Source of the DNA: an uncultured Prevotellaceae bacterium
GTDB lineage: Bacteria > Bacteroidota > Bacteroidia > Bacteroidales > Bacteroidaceae
Assembly (NCBI GenBank): GCA_902788605.1
Contig: CADAKX010000004.1
Coordinates: 23,848 to 87,847, forward strand
Length of the DNA stretch: 64,000 nt
Reading direction: 5' to 3'
Positions within the stretch are counted from its first letter, which is position 1. Each line of letters begins with the position of its first letter. This document shows positions 44,877-54,791 of this stretch, one piece after another. The translations under genes were made by a program, and so were the position numbers. Under the pieces are notes generated by a model. It saw nothing but the letters and a program-made list of their open reading frames with translations, searched no databases and was not told the origin of the DNA.

Positions 44877-47800
44877 TTATGCCTCAGCAACTTCCAACTC
44901 TTCCTTGCGGTCCTTCTTGCTCATGGTGAGATAAGCAGTAGGAGCTGCGATGAAGATAGAAGACAGCGTTCCGAATACAACACCCAGAATCATGGCGAAG
45001 GCGAATGAGCGGATGCTATCGCCACCCAGGAAGAAGATTGTGAGCAACACGATCAACGTAGTCACAGAGGTGTTGATGGTACGAGCCAGCGTCTGGTTCA
45101 GTGAATCGTTGAACAGATGCTTGCGGTCGCGCTTGTTATAGAGTCCAATGTTCTCACGAATACGGTCAAATACCACCACCTTATCGTTGATAGAGTAACC
45201 AATCACAGTCAGGATAGCACCGATGAAGGTCTGGTCTATCTCGAGTGACATGGGCACCCAAGTGTGCAGCAGTGAGTAGAAACCGATCACAGCCAGTGCG
45301 TCAAATGCCAGGGCAACGATAGCGCCTACAGAGAAGGCCAGGTTGCGGAAGCGCAGCAGGATGTAGAGGAAGATAGCGATCAAAGCCAGCAGCACGCTGA
45401 TGATAGCGCCCTTGGTAATGGTCTTAGCCACAGAAGGACCTACCTTGGTAGAGCTTACGATAGTACCCTTAGAGGTATCGCTCTCGTTTGCAGGAGGAGT
45501 ACGGAACTCCATCTTGCTGGTCTCAGCGTTGATCAGACCGGCATTGGTCAGTACGCCATAGATGCTGTCCTCGATGATATCGTCTACAGCAGGGCTGTTC
45601 ACGTCGTAGTCCCAGTTGGTAGAGATACGTACGGTGCGGTTAGCAGCCTCACCCAGTGCAATAATAGAGGTACTTGCGGGCGCGCCAGGATTAGAACTCT
45701 GGTCGTCGTTCATGGCGAAAGCACCAGTGAATGCCTGACGAACATCCTCAACGGGCACCTGCTTGTCGAGTACCACCACGTAGTTACGACCACCGGTGAA
45801 GTCGATACTCTTGCTCAGACCGCGAACGCAGAAGCTGATGATGAAGATGATAGCAGCTACAGCCCAAACGGTGTAAGACATCTTGTATGCACCCATGAAG
45901 TTGAACTTCGTGCCCTGCATCAGGTTCTTAGAGATACCAGTAGAGAAGGTGAGGTTCTGCCACTTGTCCTTCTTCATCTGACGGTCATAAACCAGACGGG
46001 TCATGAATACAGCGGTGAAGAACGATACACAGATACCGATGATCAGGGTCGTTGCGAAACCACGGATAGGACCTGTACCGAATACGAACAGGATGATACC
46101 AGTGATCAATGAAGTCAAGTTAGAGTCGAAGATAGCCGAGAAGGCATTCGAGTAACCCAGGTTCAGAGCCTCCTTAATATTAAGACCCTTGCGGAGTTCC
46201 TCCTTCGTACGTTCGTAAATCAGCACGTTAGCATCCACAGCCGTACCCAGTGTCAGCACGATACCTGCGATACCAGGCATGGTCAGAGCAGCCTGGAACG
46301 AAGTCAGGATACCCAGTGTGAAGAACAGGTTGAACAGCAGGGCGCAGTTGGCCAGCATACCAGGAATCCAGTTGTAGAGAGCCACCATCACGCACATCAG
46401 CAGCACGAAAGCCACGATGAATGAGATGATACCCTGCTGGATTGACTGAGCACCCAGAGAAGGACCTACCATCTGATAAGAGGCGATTGACAGAGGAGCG
46501 GGCATCTTACCTGAGTTCAGGGTGTTAGCCAAGTCCTTGGTGTCGGCCTGAGTAAACTTACCAGAGATCTGTGAGCTACCGCCAGGGATCTCACCGTTCA
46601 CACGAGGAGCGCTATACACAGCCTCGTCGAGTACGATAGCGATGGCACGACCCACATTCATCTTGGTCAGGTTAGCCCAGATGCGAGTACCCTCGGTGTT
46701 CATCTGCATAGATACCACGGGACCTACGTTACCAATCTCGTTGCTATAGTCGTCTTTTGCTGTGGTCACCACGTCACCAGTCAGAGGAGCCTTGCCATTG
46801 GGGTCACTGATCTTGATGGCATACAGTGCCAGCATCTTGATCTTCTTGCCATTCTCCAAGGGGAGCTTGGTTATCTTGGCATCCCAGTACAGACGCATCT
46901 CCTTGGGGAGAACGTTCTTGGCAACCTCAGAGTAGATTACCTTGTTAACATCAGCTGTATCAGTTACGTGAGCATAACCCACCATACACTGGCTCTCCTG
47001 ACCTGCGAAGCGGGTGTCCAGGAGGCTCAGCAGGTTGATGACGTCCTTGCCACCTTCCTGAGCCAGTTCGCTCTTCTGAGCAGCAGCGGCAGCCAGGTCG
47101 AGTGCGTTCACGCTATCTGTAGCAGCCTCAGCCTCAGCGGGCTCTGCAGCAGTTGTATCAGCCTCAGCCTTCTTGTCGGCATTCGCGTTGCTCATCTCAG
47201 CGATGTATGTGTTAGCCAGCTGCAGGATGTATGGCATAGCCTCTTCCACCATATAGGTCTCGTGGAACTGCAGGTCAGCGCTACCAGCGAGGAGCTTCAG
47301 GATACGATCCTTGTCCTTCTGTGCGCCAGGCATTTCCACCATGATGCGGCTCTGACCGCTCAGTTTCTGGATGTTAGGCTGAGCCACACCGAACTTATCG
47401 ACACGAGTACGAACCACTGTCTCGGCGTTGTCGATAGCTGCCTCTACCTCATCGTTCAGGGCAGCAATCACTTCCTCGTCAGTGCTCTTGGTGTTCACCT
47501 TGTCACGCAGCTGCTGTGTGGCAAAGATGGCGTTCAGTCCACGGCCACCACCAAACTCCTTCCAACGCTCTACGAAGTGAGCGATGAAGTCCGACTGATT
47601 GTTCTTACCATCGGCCTTGGCAGCATCGAAGGCCTTGCGATAGCCCTCGTCAGTGTCATACTTGTTGCCAGCCAGGAAGTTGACGATGTCAGGTACTGAC
47701 ACCTCCAGGATGACGTTCATACCGCCCTTCAGGTCAAGACCCAGGCCAATCTCCATCTCACGGCAGTCGTCCAGACTCCAGGCTCCGAGCCAGATGTGGT

Positions 47801-47972
47801 CCTCGGAAGAAATTGAGTCCAGATACTCCTCTGCTGCTTTGTCTCCAAGTTCCGCACGCAGTGCCTCAGCCTTACTCTCGTAGTGGCGAGTTACAAACGA
47901 GAACGAAAGATAGAAACAGCACACCAGAATGAGTGCTACTGCAATAAACTTTACAATTCCTTTGTTTTGCAT
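44877..47972 (-). CDS. secDF: Protein translocase subunit SecDF (fused SecD-SecF)
   Basis: 1031 aa with a large periplasmic P1 domain and two 6-TM blocks, as in the fused Bacteroidota form. Confidence 0.95.
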   Translation of the reverse strand: MQNKGIVKFIAVALILVCCFYLSFSFVTRHYESKAEALRAELGDKAAEEYLDSISSEDHIWLGAWSLDDCREMEIGLGLDLKGGMNVILEVSVPDIVNFLAGNKYDTDEGYRKAFDAAKADGKNNQSDFIAHFVERWKEFGGGRGLNAIFATQQLRDKVNTKSTDEEVIAALNDEVEAAIDNAETVVRTRVDKFGVAQPNIQKLSGQSRIMVEMPGAQKDKDRILKLLAGSADLQFHETYMVEEAMPYILQLANTYIAEMSNANADKKAEADTTAAEPAEAEAATDSVNALDLAAAAAQKSELAQEGGKDVINLLSLLDTRFAGQESQCMVGYAHVTDTADVNKVIYSEVAKNVLPKEMRLYWDAKITKLPLENGKKIKMLALYAIKISDPNGKAPLTGDVVTTAKDDYSNEIGNVGPVVSMQMNTEGTRIWANLTKMNVGRAIAIVLDEAVYSAPRVNGEIPGGSSQISGKFTQADTKDLANTLNSGKMPAPLSIASYQMVGPSLGAQSIQQGIISFIVAFVLLMCVMVALYNWIPGMLANCALLFNLFFTLGILTSFQAALTMPGIAGIVLTLGTAVDANVLIYERTKEELRKGLNIKEALNLGYSNAFSAIFDSNLTSLITGIILFVFGTGPIRGFATTLIIGICVSFFTAVFMTRLVYDRQMKKDKWQNLTFSTGISKNLMQGTKFNFMGAYKMSYTVWAVAAIIFIISFCVRGLSKSIDFTGGRNYVVVLDKQVPVEDVRQAFTGAFAMNDDQSSNPGAPASTSIIALGEAANRTVRISTNWDYDVNSPAVDDIIEDSIYGVLTNAGLINAETSKMEFRTPPANESDTSKGTIVSSTKVGPSVAKTITKGAIISVLLALIAIFLYILLRFRNLAFSVGAIVALAFDALAVIGFYSLLHTWVPMSLEIDQTFIGAILTVIGYSINDKVVVFDRIRENIGLYNKRDRKHLFNDSLNQTLARTINTSVTTLIVLLTIFFLGGDSIRSFAFAMILGVVFGTLSSIFIAAPTAYLTMSKKDRKEELEVAEA

Positions 47973-48018
47973 TTTGTTTGTTATGTTATTTATTATATAA
48001 TTCGCGTTATTAAGCCTG

Positions 48019-48026
48019 CAAATATA
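48019..48026 (-). promoter_or_regulatory. -7 promoter box (TATATTTG on the minus strand) for secDF
   Basis: Plus-strand caaatata, about 47 nt upstream of the ATG at 47972. Confidence 0.5.
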
Positions 48027-48075
48027 GTGATAATTTTACACATTAGAAAATTTTTAGGCAACTTTCCTACTTTTT

Positions 48076-49170
48076 TTAATGATTATCGTCCATTTTTAGT
48101 CGACAAATCATCGGATAATGGTCGCTTGCGTCCATTTTGTTGTCGATATCGCACCCGTATGGTTTGAAGTGCCTTGAGCACATCATATGGTCGATGCGCA
48201 GGTTGAATCCCCTCTGATTATAAGACAGTCCCAACCCACAGCCTGTCGAGACGAAGCAGTCAGTCATGCCTTGTGCGATGGTCTGCCTGGCATAGGATAT
48301 AGGCGTATCGTTGAAGTCGCCGCACACGATGATGGGATATTCGCTGTGCTCCTCAATATAGCGGTGCACAGCCTCTGCCTGTGGTGCCCTTTTCGCCATG
48401 TTTACGCCCAGTTTTCCTGCAATCATGTGCATCTCTTCCTTGGCCAGTTCACTCTCCATCTCTCCCATGAGCACCTCTTTGTAGCGTTGGCGCTCGTCTT
48501 TCGAGAGGTGGGTGCTCTCCAGGTGGTTGTTGATGACGATGATGGTGTCGTCTTCTATCTGCAGGTAGTAAGCCACCGAGCCATTGGCCACTGACTTGTA
48601 TTCTATCCGCTCCTTACCCACGATGGGGAATCGCGTGTGAATACCGACAGCGTTGACCAAAGGATTGGCACCAGACACATGCACCGTATCATTATAAGGA
48701 TAGAGCTTCTTCATGATTTCGAAGCCGTTGCCACCCTTTCCGCCCATGTCTTCCTGCAGGCATACGATATCCGCATTCACTTGGCGCAGATAGCCTGCCA
48801 CCGTGTCTGCTGCATGGTCATATTTGTAGTTGCCGCCATAGCCACACACATTGTAGCTGACCACCGTCAGGCAGTCTTCCGGTATTTGCTTCGAAAAGTT
48901 GATAGGAAGATAGGTTCGTATGGGCATATACGCGAGCGCGAAGCCCAGCAGAGGAATCCATGCCAGTTTCCATTTGATGATGACAAGGACGACGAGCGAT
49001 AGTAGGTTTGCTAATATCAAGAACGGGAAGATGAGCCCTGCGCATGCCAGCAACGGATAAGCCTCAGGACTGAGCCTGTCGCTATAGCCCACTGCCACCA
49101 TCAGCAAGGCTGTGAAGGCACTGGCACCCGTCAGCATGGCCAGGATGGTCTTCTTGATGTGTTTAAGCAT
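48076..49170 (-). CDS. Membrane-anchored endonuclease/exonuclease/phosphatase (EEP) family protein
   Basis: 364 aa with N-terminal TM helices. EEP motifs VVSYNV, CLQE and the terminal SDHYPM. Confidence 0.75.
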   Translation of the reverse strand: MLKHIKKTILAMLTGASAFTALLMVAVGYSDRLSPEAYPLLACAGLIFPFLILANLLSLVVLVIIKWKLAWIPLLGFALAYMPIRTYLPINFSKQIPEDCLTVVSYNVCGYGGNYKYDHAADTVAGYLRQVNADIVCLQEDMGGKGGNGFEIMKKLYPYNDTVHVSGANPLVNAVGIHTRFPIVGKERIEYKSVANGSVAYYLQIEDDTIIVINNHLESTHLSKDERQRYKEVLMGEMESELAKEEMHMIAGKLGVNMAKRAPQAEAVHRYIEEHSEYPIIVCGDFNDTPISYARQTIAQGMTDCFVSTGCGLGLSYNQRGFNLRIDHMMCSRHFKPYGCDIDNKMDASDHYPMICRLKMDDNH

Positions 49171-49175
49171 CGCTC

Positions 49176-50207
49176 CTATTGCTCATGACTGGCCTCAAAC
49201 AGGCGTTTCTTCTCATCCTTCGACAGACTGTCATAGCCACTCTTGCGAATCTTGTCGAGAATATGGTCTATCTCCTCCTGACGTGCCTTCTTGCGGGCAT
49301 TGTACTCCATGTCGTTGACAGTGTCGTTGGCAGGCTTGTTCCATTGATACTTGCTGGCGGTCTCTTTCTTTTTCTTCTCTTCCGAGAATCGCCAGAACAT
49401 AATCATCAGGAAGCCAAAGAACATACCACCTAAGTGAGCCATATGGGCATAGGTGTCGCCAAGTTGGAATTTCCAGATAAACAGGAGCTCCAATACGATA
49501 TATCCCATCACGCACCAACGCGCTTCAAGAGGCTTTATAAAGAAGAAACGCCAGATGGAGCGTGCAAAGGAGCTCATGGGACTGACGAACGAAATGAAGA
49601 TAGCGATAAAGAAGAGATTATTCACCAGTGACAGTACACCTTCAATCGCAGGATGGGTGTTGACCAGATCCAGCAGGATCAGAGCCACGATGGTCAAGGG
49701 TACGCCAATCACACGCTTGGGGAAGGTCATACCAAACGCCAGCAGGATGCCATAGACAGCACCAGAGGCGCCAATCGTATAGGCACCATTCAGATCACTG
49801 CGGCTCAGGATGGCTATCACCTCATTGAAATCAGCATCAGGAAACTGCGAGATAGCTACAAAATAGAACTCCACGAACTGCACAATCTCTTGGCAGAGAC
49901 CAGCGCCTATACCACACAGGATGTAATAAATAAAGAATTTCTTTGGCCCCCATGTTTCCTCAATCATACAGCCAAACATCCACAGGGCAAACATGTTGCC
50001 AAGGATATGAGACCATCCTGCATGCAGGAATTGATAGGTTATAAATTGGAGTGGATTGAAGTCAGAAGCCAGAAAGAAATGCAAAGCACCCCACTCTGTC
50101 AGAGAAGAGTGTTCTGGAGAGCCACCACCCATCAATAATGCAATCAGCAACACCACGAAATTGGCGATGAGCAGGTTCTTTGTTACTATAGGTATATTAC
50201 GAAACAT
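49176..50207 (-). CDS. Rhomboid-family intramembrane serine protease with a Lys/Glu-rich cytoplasmic tail
   Basis: 343 aa with HAGWSHILGNMFALWMFG, the catalytic GASGAVYG, and a later His-containing helix (AHLGGMFFG). Confidence 0.85.
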   Translation of the reverse strand: MFRNIPIVTKNLLIANFVVLLIALLMGGGSPEHSSLTEWGALHFFLASDFNPLQFITYQFLHAGWSHILGNMFALWMFGCMIEETWGPKKFFIYYILCGIGAGLCQEIVQFVEFYFVAISQFPDADFNEVIAILSRSDLNGAYTIGASGAVYGILLAFGMTFPKRVIGVPLTIVALILLDLVNTHPAIEGVLSLVNNLFFIAIFISFVSPMSSFARSIWRFFFIKPLEARWCVMGYIVLELLFIWKFQLGDTYAHMAHLGGMFFGFLMIMFWRFSEEKKKKETASKYQWNKPANDTVNDMEYNARKKARQEEIDHILDKIRKSGYDSLSKDEKKRLFEASHEQ

Positions 50208-50370
50208 TGCCTAACTGAATGATTTGACGTTATTTATCTGTGAAACACATTTTGGGCGCAAAATTACGAAAAATATCTGTTTTAATGCAAAAAAAGCGCC
50301 CCAAACAACTTTTTTTCAATAAAAATCTCATTTTTTCTTGATTTTTGTTTGTTTTCTAAATACTTTATTT

Positions 50371-50378
50371 TATATTTG
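50371..50378 (+). promoter_or_regulatory. -7 promoter box (TATATTTG) for the HU gene
   Basis: TAnnTTTG match 54 nt upstream of the ATG at 50432, in a very AT-rich region. Confidence 0.5.
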
Positions 50379-50431
50379 CGTCAGTTTTTGAACATTAATC
50401 ATTTTTTTCACTTAAAAGATCTAACAAAGTT

Positions 50432-50704
50432 ATGAACAAGACAGAATTGGTAGAGAAGATCGCAGCAGGTGCTGGTATCTCAAAGGTTGACGCAAAGAAG
50501 GCTCTTGACGCCACAGTAGCAGCTATTAAGGACGCCCTGAAGGCAGGTGACAAGGTAGCCCTCGTTGGTTTCGGTACATTCGCAGTTAGCGAGCGTCCCG
50601 CTCGTGAGGGTATCAACCCCGCAACAAAGGCAAAGATTAAGATCGCTGCCAAGAAGGTTGCTAAGTTCAAGGCTGGTGCTGAGCTTGCTGACGCTCTGAA
50701 CTAA
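50432..50704 (+). CDS. HU-family DNA-binding protein
   Basis: 90 aa: [11 protein letters not shown]...[21 protein letters not shown], the classic HU beta-arm. Confidence 0.95.
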   Translation: MNKTELVEKIAAGAGISKVDAKKALDATVAAIKDALKAGDKVALVGFGTFAVSERPAREGINPATKAKIKIAAKKVAKFKAGAELADALN

Positions 50705-50723
50705 TCTTGTGTCAGAAAAAATG

Positions 50724-50757
50724 AACGGGCGCTTCCAATGGAGGCGCCCGTTTTTCT
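50724..50757. terminator. Rho-independent terminator between convergent HU and SDR genes
   Basis: aacgggcgcttcc pairs with ggaggcgcccgtt (13 bp, one G-U), followed by TTTTTC. An A-run upstream gives a weaker U-tract on the other strand. Confidence 0.8.
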
Positions 50758-50777
50758 TTGTATATGCTTTCAATCGC

Positions 50778-51578
50778 TTATTTCGGTTGCTTACCGATAT
50801 ATGCCAGGATACCACCATCCACATAGAGAATGTGACCATTGACAGCGTCAGAGGCATGTGAAGCCAGGAACACAGCAGGTCCAGCCAGTTCCTCGGGGTT
50901 GAGCCAGCGGCCAGCAGGTGTCTTGGCGCAGATAAACGAGTCGAAAGGATGACGAGAGCCATCAGCCTGACGTTCGCGCAGGGGAGCTGTCTGAGGTGTG
51001 GCGATGTAACCCGGGCCAATGGCGTTGCACTGGATGTTATACTCACCATATTCCGAGCAGATGTTTCTGGTCAGCATCTTCAGACCACCCTTTGCAGCAG
51101 CATAGGCCGACACTGTTTCGCGTCCCAACTCACTCATCATCGAGCAGATGTTGATGATCTTACCCTCCTTGCGCTCCATCATCTCGGGAATCACAGCCTT
51201 TGTCATGATAAACGGACCCACCAGGTCGATGTCGATCACCTGCTGGAACTCCTCGCGCTTCATCTCGTGCATGGGAATGCGCTTGATGATGCCAGCATTG
51301 TTCACCAGGATATCGATATGTCCCAGTTCCTTGCGGATATCAGCCACCATCTTCTCTACCTCCTGCTCGTTGGTCACGTCGCACAGATAGCCATGTGCCT
51401 TGATGCCCTTGGCTGCATAGTCAGCCAGTGCCTTATCCATGTGCTCCTGTCCGCGACAGTTGAAGGCAATCTCTGCCCCTGCCTGTGCCAGTGCCTCTGC
51501 AATTGCAAAGCCGATACCATAGGCTGCGCCTGTCACAAGAGCCACTTTTCCTTCCAATGAAAATAGATTTGTCATCAT
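50778..51578 (-). CDS. Short-chain dehydrogenase/reductase (gluconate 5-dehydrogenase-like)
   Basis: 266 aa with TGAAYGIG cofactor motif, NNAG, and a catalytic YAAAK. Confidence 0.8.
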   Translation of the reverse strand: MMTNLFSLEGKVALVTGAAYGIGFAIAEALAQAGAEIAFNCRGQEHMDKALADYAAKGIKAHGYLCDVTNEQEVEKMVADIRKELGHIDILVNNAGIIKRIPMHEMKREEFQQVIDIDLVGPFIMTKAVIPEMMERKEGKIINICSMMSELGRETVSAYAAAKGGLKMLTRNICSEYGEYNIQCNAIGPGYIATPQTAPLRERQADGSRHPFDSFICAKTPAGRWLNPEELAGPAVFLASHASDAVNGHILYVDGGILAYIGKQPK

Positions 51579-51616
51579 AAGATAGTTGTTTTATTGATAT
51601 AAGTAATTTGATTGTC

Positions 51617-53335
51617 CTATTCAGCAGCCTGCTGCACCTGTTGCATCACGCGCAGGAAGTTGCCGCCCCAGATCTTCTGGATGTCCTGTCTGCTGAACCT
51701 GCGGGCCAGCAGCTGACGGGTGAAGTTCAGCAGTTCGCTGGCATCAGCAAGGCCGCGTATGCCTCCGTCACCATCAAAGTCTGTGCCCAGTCCCACGTGG
51801 TCGATACCCATCACGTCGATGGCATGCTCCAGGTGCGCCATGGCATCGAGGATCGTGGCCTCACCATCTTTTTTCAGGAATCCATGATAGAGTGTTGTCT
51901 GTGCCACACCGCCCTTCTGTGCCAACGCACGCATCTGATCATCAGTCAGATTGCGGGGATGATCACAAAGTGCACGGGCCGAACTGTGGCTGCACACAAT
52001 GGGCGTTTTTGACAGCTCCAGCGCGTCATAGAAGCTCTTTTCGTGAGCATGACTCAGGTCCACCATGATGCCCAGTCGGTTCATCTCGCTGATGACCTGT
52101 GCGCCAAAGGCACTTACACCACCATGCGTCTGGTTGCCACGAGCCGAGTCGCATATCTCATTATCACCATTATGACACAGTGTGACATAGACGATGCCAC
52201 GGTCCTTGAAATGGCGGAGGTTCTTCAGGTCGCCATCGAGGGCAATGCCGTTCTCGATGCCCAGCATAATGCTCTTCTTGCCTGCGTATTTGTTGCTCCA
52301 CAACTCCTCTGGCGTGCGTGCCAGTGCCAGGTAGTCGCTATTGCGTGCCACCATCACCTCGATCTTGTCGAAGATATTGTCTGCAAACTGCTTTGGCTGC
52401 TCAGTGGGCTGAGGCAGATAGGCCACCATGATTGTGGCATCGAGTCTGCCCTCGGTCATCTTGTGCAGGTCCACCAGGATGCGTGGGTCACGACTGCCAA
52501 AGTCCACGTTTTGTGGGAAGAACATCGGCGTGTCGCAATGCGTATCCAGGGTCAGAACGCAGTGATGCATCAGTTTGGCTTTCTGGAACTTCTCAGCCTC
52601 GTCCACCAGCCATCGGAAGAGGGGGAGGCCACTCTCGCCCATACACTCGGGATGCCATTGCACACCCAGGATGGGCTTAAACTCCGCACTCTCTATGGCC
52701 TCGATAACGCCATCGTTAGCCTTGGCCACCACGCGGAAATGCTCACCAGGCTCACTTACGGCCTGATGATGGAAAGAATTAACGTATAGAGTGGGTGATT
52801 GGTTACCACTATATATATTATATAAGGTAGAGTCTTTTTCAATGGAGACAGAATGCGTGGGCTCAGAGCGGTCGGCATCCTGTGAATGCTTGATGTTCGT
52901 GCTGATATGCTGAGCCACCTTGCCACCCAGTGCCATGGCCAGTGTCTGGATGCCACGACAGATGCCCAGCATGGGCAACTGGCGGTGGAAGGCCATGCGT
53001 GCCAGTAGCAGTTCCGGCAGGTCGCGCTCGCTGTTGATGCCCCCCAGCTGTGGGATGGGGTCCTCGCCTTGATAGAGTGGGTTGATATCTGCCCCGCCAC
53101 TCAGCAGCACGGCATCAACCTTCTCCAGAATGCTTGTCAGTACAGCTGCGTCAGCCACTGGCGGAATAATCAAGGGCACTCCACCAGCAGCCACCACCTG
53201 TTTGTAATAGCCCTCACCCAGTTTGCAGGTCAGGTCACCATAATTACCGGTAATACCAATGACAGGCCGACGCTGTGCCACAGGAAAAGTCTGATGCATG
53301 TCGGCCATGATGGCGTTCAGATCAAACTGCATCAT
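51617..53335 (-). CDS. Bifunctional fusion: N-terminal class I glutamine amidotransferase-like gamma-glutamyl hydrolase (peptidase C26/PuuD-like) plus C-terminal M19 membrane-type dipeptidase
   Basis: 572 aa. The N half has GICRGIQ (Cys nucleophile) and VQWHPE (His). The C half has LDTHCDTP, GIENG, DLSH, CSHS and GTDFDG motifs of renal-dipeptidase-type M19. Confidence 0.8.
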   Translation of the reverse strand: MMQFDLNAIMADMHQTFPVAQRRPVIGITGNYGDLTCKLGEGYYKQVVAAGGVPLIIPPVADAAVLTSILEKVDAVLLSGGADINPLYQGEDPIPQLGGINSERDLPELLLARMAFHRQLPMLGICRGIQTLAMALGGKVAQHISTNIKHSQDADRSEPTHSVSIEKDSTLYNIYSGNQSPTLYVNSFHHQAVSEPGEHFRVVAKANDGVIEAIESAEFKPILGVQWHPECMGESGLPLFRWLVDEAEKFQKAKLMHHCVLTLDTHCDTPMFFPQNVDFGSRDPRILVDLHKMTEGRLDATIMVAYLPQPTEQPKQFADNIFDKIEVMVARNSDYLALARTPEELWSNKYAGKKSIMLGIENGIALDGDLKNLRHFKDRGIVYVTLCHNGDNEICDSARGNQTHGGVSAFGAQVISEMNRLGIMVDLSHAHEKSFYDALELSKTPIVCSHSSARALCDHPRNLTDDQMRALAQKGGVAQTTLYHGFLKKDGEATILDAMAHLEHAIDVMGIDHVGLGTDFDGDGGIRGLADASELLNFTRQLLARRFSRQDIQKIWGGNFLRVMQQVQQAAE

Positions 53336-53806
53336 TTAGTCCAGTTCTTTAAAGTGTACGGGAATCTCGCGCTTGATGCTTTGCTCCAGCGAGATCAGTG
53401 TTTCGGTAGCCACTACGCCGGGAATACCCTGCAGCTGCTCGTTGATCAAATGCATCAGCTGTTCATTGTCGCGTGCATAGAGCTTCACCATCATCGTGTA
53501 CGGACCAGTAGTGAAGTGACACTCCACTACCTCGGGAATCAAGTCTAATCGCTTCACCACGTCCTTATACATGGATCCGCGTTCCAGGTTAATACCCACA
53601 TAGGTACAGGTGCTGTAGCCCAGTGACTTTGGGTTGACATCGAATCCACTGCCAGTGATAACATCGCTGTCGATGAGTCGCTGTACGCGCTGATGAATGG
53701 CTGCACGAGACACGCCACAGTCTGCTGCGACGTCTTTAAAGGGGATTCTGGCGTTTTTTGACAAGATGCTAAGGATTTGCTTGTCTAGGTTATCAATTTT
53801 CTCCAT
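53336..53806 (-). CDS. Lrp/AsnC-family transcriptional regulator
   Basis: 156 aa with an N-terminal HTH (LDKQILSILSKNARIPFKDVAADCGVSRAAIHQRVQRL) and a C-terminal RAM domain. Its stop abuts the ATG of the fusion gene (TAAATG). Confidence 0.9.
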   Translation of the reverse strand: MEKIDNLDKQILSILSKNARIPFKDVAADCGVSRAAIHQRVQRLIDSDVITGSGFDVNPKSLGYSTCTYVGINLERGSMYKDVVKRLDLIPEVVECHFTTGPYTMMVKLYARDNEQLMHLINEQLQGIPGVVATETLISLEQSIKREIPVHFKELD

Positions 53807-53813
53807 TTAAAAA

Positions 53814-53846
53814 GTGTACTTTTGCATTTTGATAGCAAAAGTACAC
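53814..53846. promoter_or_regulatory. Perfect 12-bp inverted repeat immediately upstream of the AsnC-family gene (promoter and/or operator and/or terminator hairpin)
   Basis: gtgtacttttgc (53814-53825) and gcaaaagtacac (53835-53846). Each arm contains TACTTTTG on one strand. On the minus strand the hairpin is followed by TTTTT and then the ATG. Confidence 0.55.
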
Positions 53847-53890
53847 CTTTTTGTGGAATTATGCAACTTTTTTTTGAAAAAAGTGATATT

Positions 53891-54784
53891 TTATTTCTCT
53901 ATGCCTAACAATTCGACATCAAAGATCAGGGCAGAGTAGGGAGGAATCTGTCCAGCCTGACGATCGCCATAGCCCAGTTCCTGGGGAATATACAGGCGCC
54001 ACTTTGAGCCCACGGGCATCAGTGACAGACCCTCGGTCCATCCCTTGATCACCTGGTTCAGGCCAAATACAGCAGGTTCGCCACGCTTGATGCTGCTGTC
54101 AAACACAGTACCATCGATCAGACGGCCCTCGTAGTGTACCTTCACCTTGTCTGTGGTCTGAGGCACAGCGCCATCGCCCTGCTTCAGTACCTCATACTGC
54201 AGTCCGCTGGGTGTGGTGATGATACCGGGCTTCTTGCCGTTCTCTGCCAGGAAGTCGCGACCGGCCTTTCTCAGCTTCTTGGCCTTAGCCTTCTTGTTCA
54301 CCTGCATCTTCTCCTGCTGCAGCTTCTCGGCGCTAGCCATGGTGAAGATGGTGGTGTCGTTGGTCAGGACATCCGTGAAGCCACGATAGAACAGCGACGT
54401 GACGATAGAGTCGGGAGCGTCGGTCAGTTCTCTCTGGACGTTGGCCAGCATGCGGTTGGTCACCTGTTCGGCAATCTGCATACCTGCCATGCGAGCCTTC
54501 TGGCGCTTGTCGTTCATGCCAGCCACAGCCTCGTTGAAGCCCTGGATAAAGTCAGCCATATAGGCTGTGTCGACACCCAGCTGCTGCTGGACGTAAGGCA
54601 TCAGACCGTTGGTTACAGCGAAGCCAGTAGCGTAGCTCAGTGAGTCGCTGCTGGTGGTCAGTACCACAGGCTGCTTCACAGCCACCTCTTTGGTCTCGTT
54701 CTTCTTTTTCTTCTTAGCAGCATCAATGTTGCTAAACGAAGCACTCGCCATGACGGCGAGTGCTATAAGGATAATTCTCTTCAT
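53891..54784 (-). CDS. FKBP-type peptidyl-prolyl cis-trans isomerase (Mip/FklB-like), secreted
   Basis: 297 aa with a signal peptide and a C-terminal FKBP domain ([16 protein letters not shown]...VIKGWTEGL...[10 protein letters not shown]). Confidence 0.9.
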   Translation of the reverse strand: MKRIILIALAVMASASFSNIDAAKKKKKNETKEVAVKQPVVLTTSSDSLSYATGFAVTNGLMPYVQQQLGVDTAYMADFIQGFNEAVAGMNDKRQKARMAGMQIAEQVTNRMLANVQRELTDAPDSIVTSLFYRGFTDVLTNDTTIFTMASAEKLQQEKMQVNKKAKAKKLRKAGRDFLAENGKKPGIITTPSGLQYEVLKQGDGAVPQTTDKVKVHYEGRLIDGTVFDSSIKRGEPAVFGLNQVIKGWTEGLSLMPVGSKWRLYIPQELGYGDRQAGQIPPYSALIFDVELLGIEK

Positions 54785-54791
54785 CTTCGTA

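Noticed and set aside
46968-47699. 243-aa plus-strand ORF
   Set aside because: It lies antisense inside secDF and has shadow-ORF composition.
50208-50431. Possible ncRNA in the 224-bp gap upstream of the HU gene
   Set aside because: The region is very AT-rich, with divergent -7 boxes and only an imperfect 8-9-bp inverted repeat (ttgggcgc / gcgccccaa). The evidence is insufficient.
50949-51560. 203-aa plus-strand ORF
   Set aside because: It lies antisense inside the SDR gene and is a shadow ORF.
52043-52789. 248-aa plus-strand ORF
   Set aside because: It lies antisense inside the C26-M19 fusion gene and has no recognisable features.
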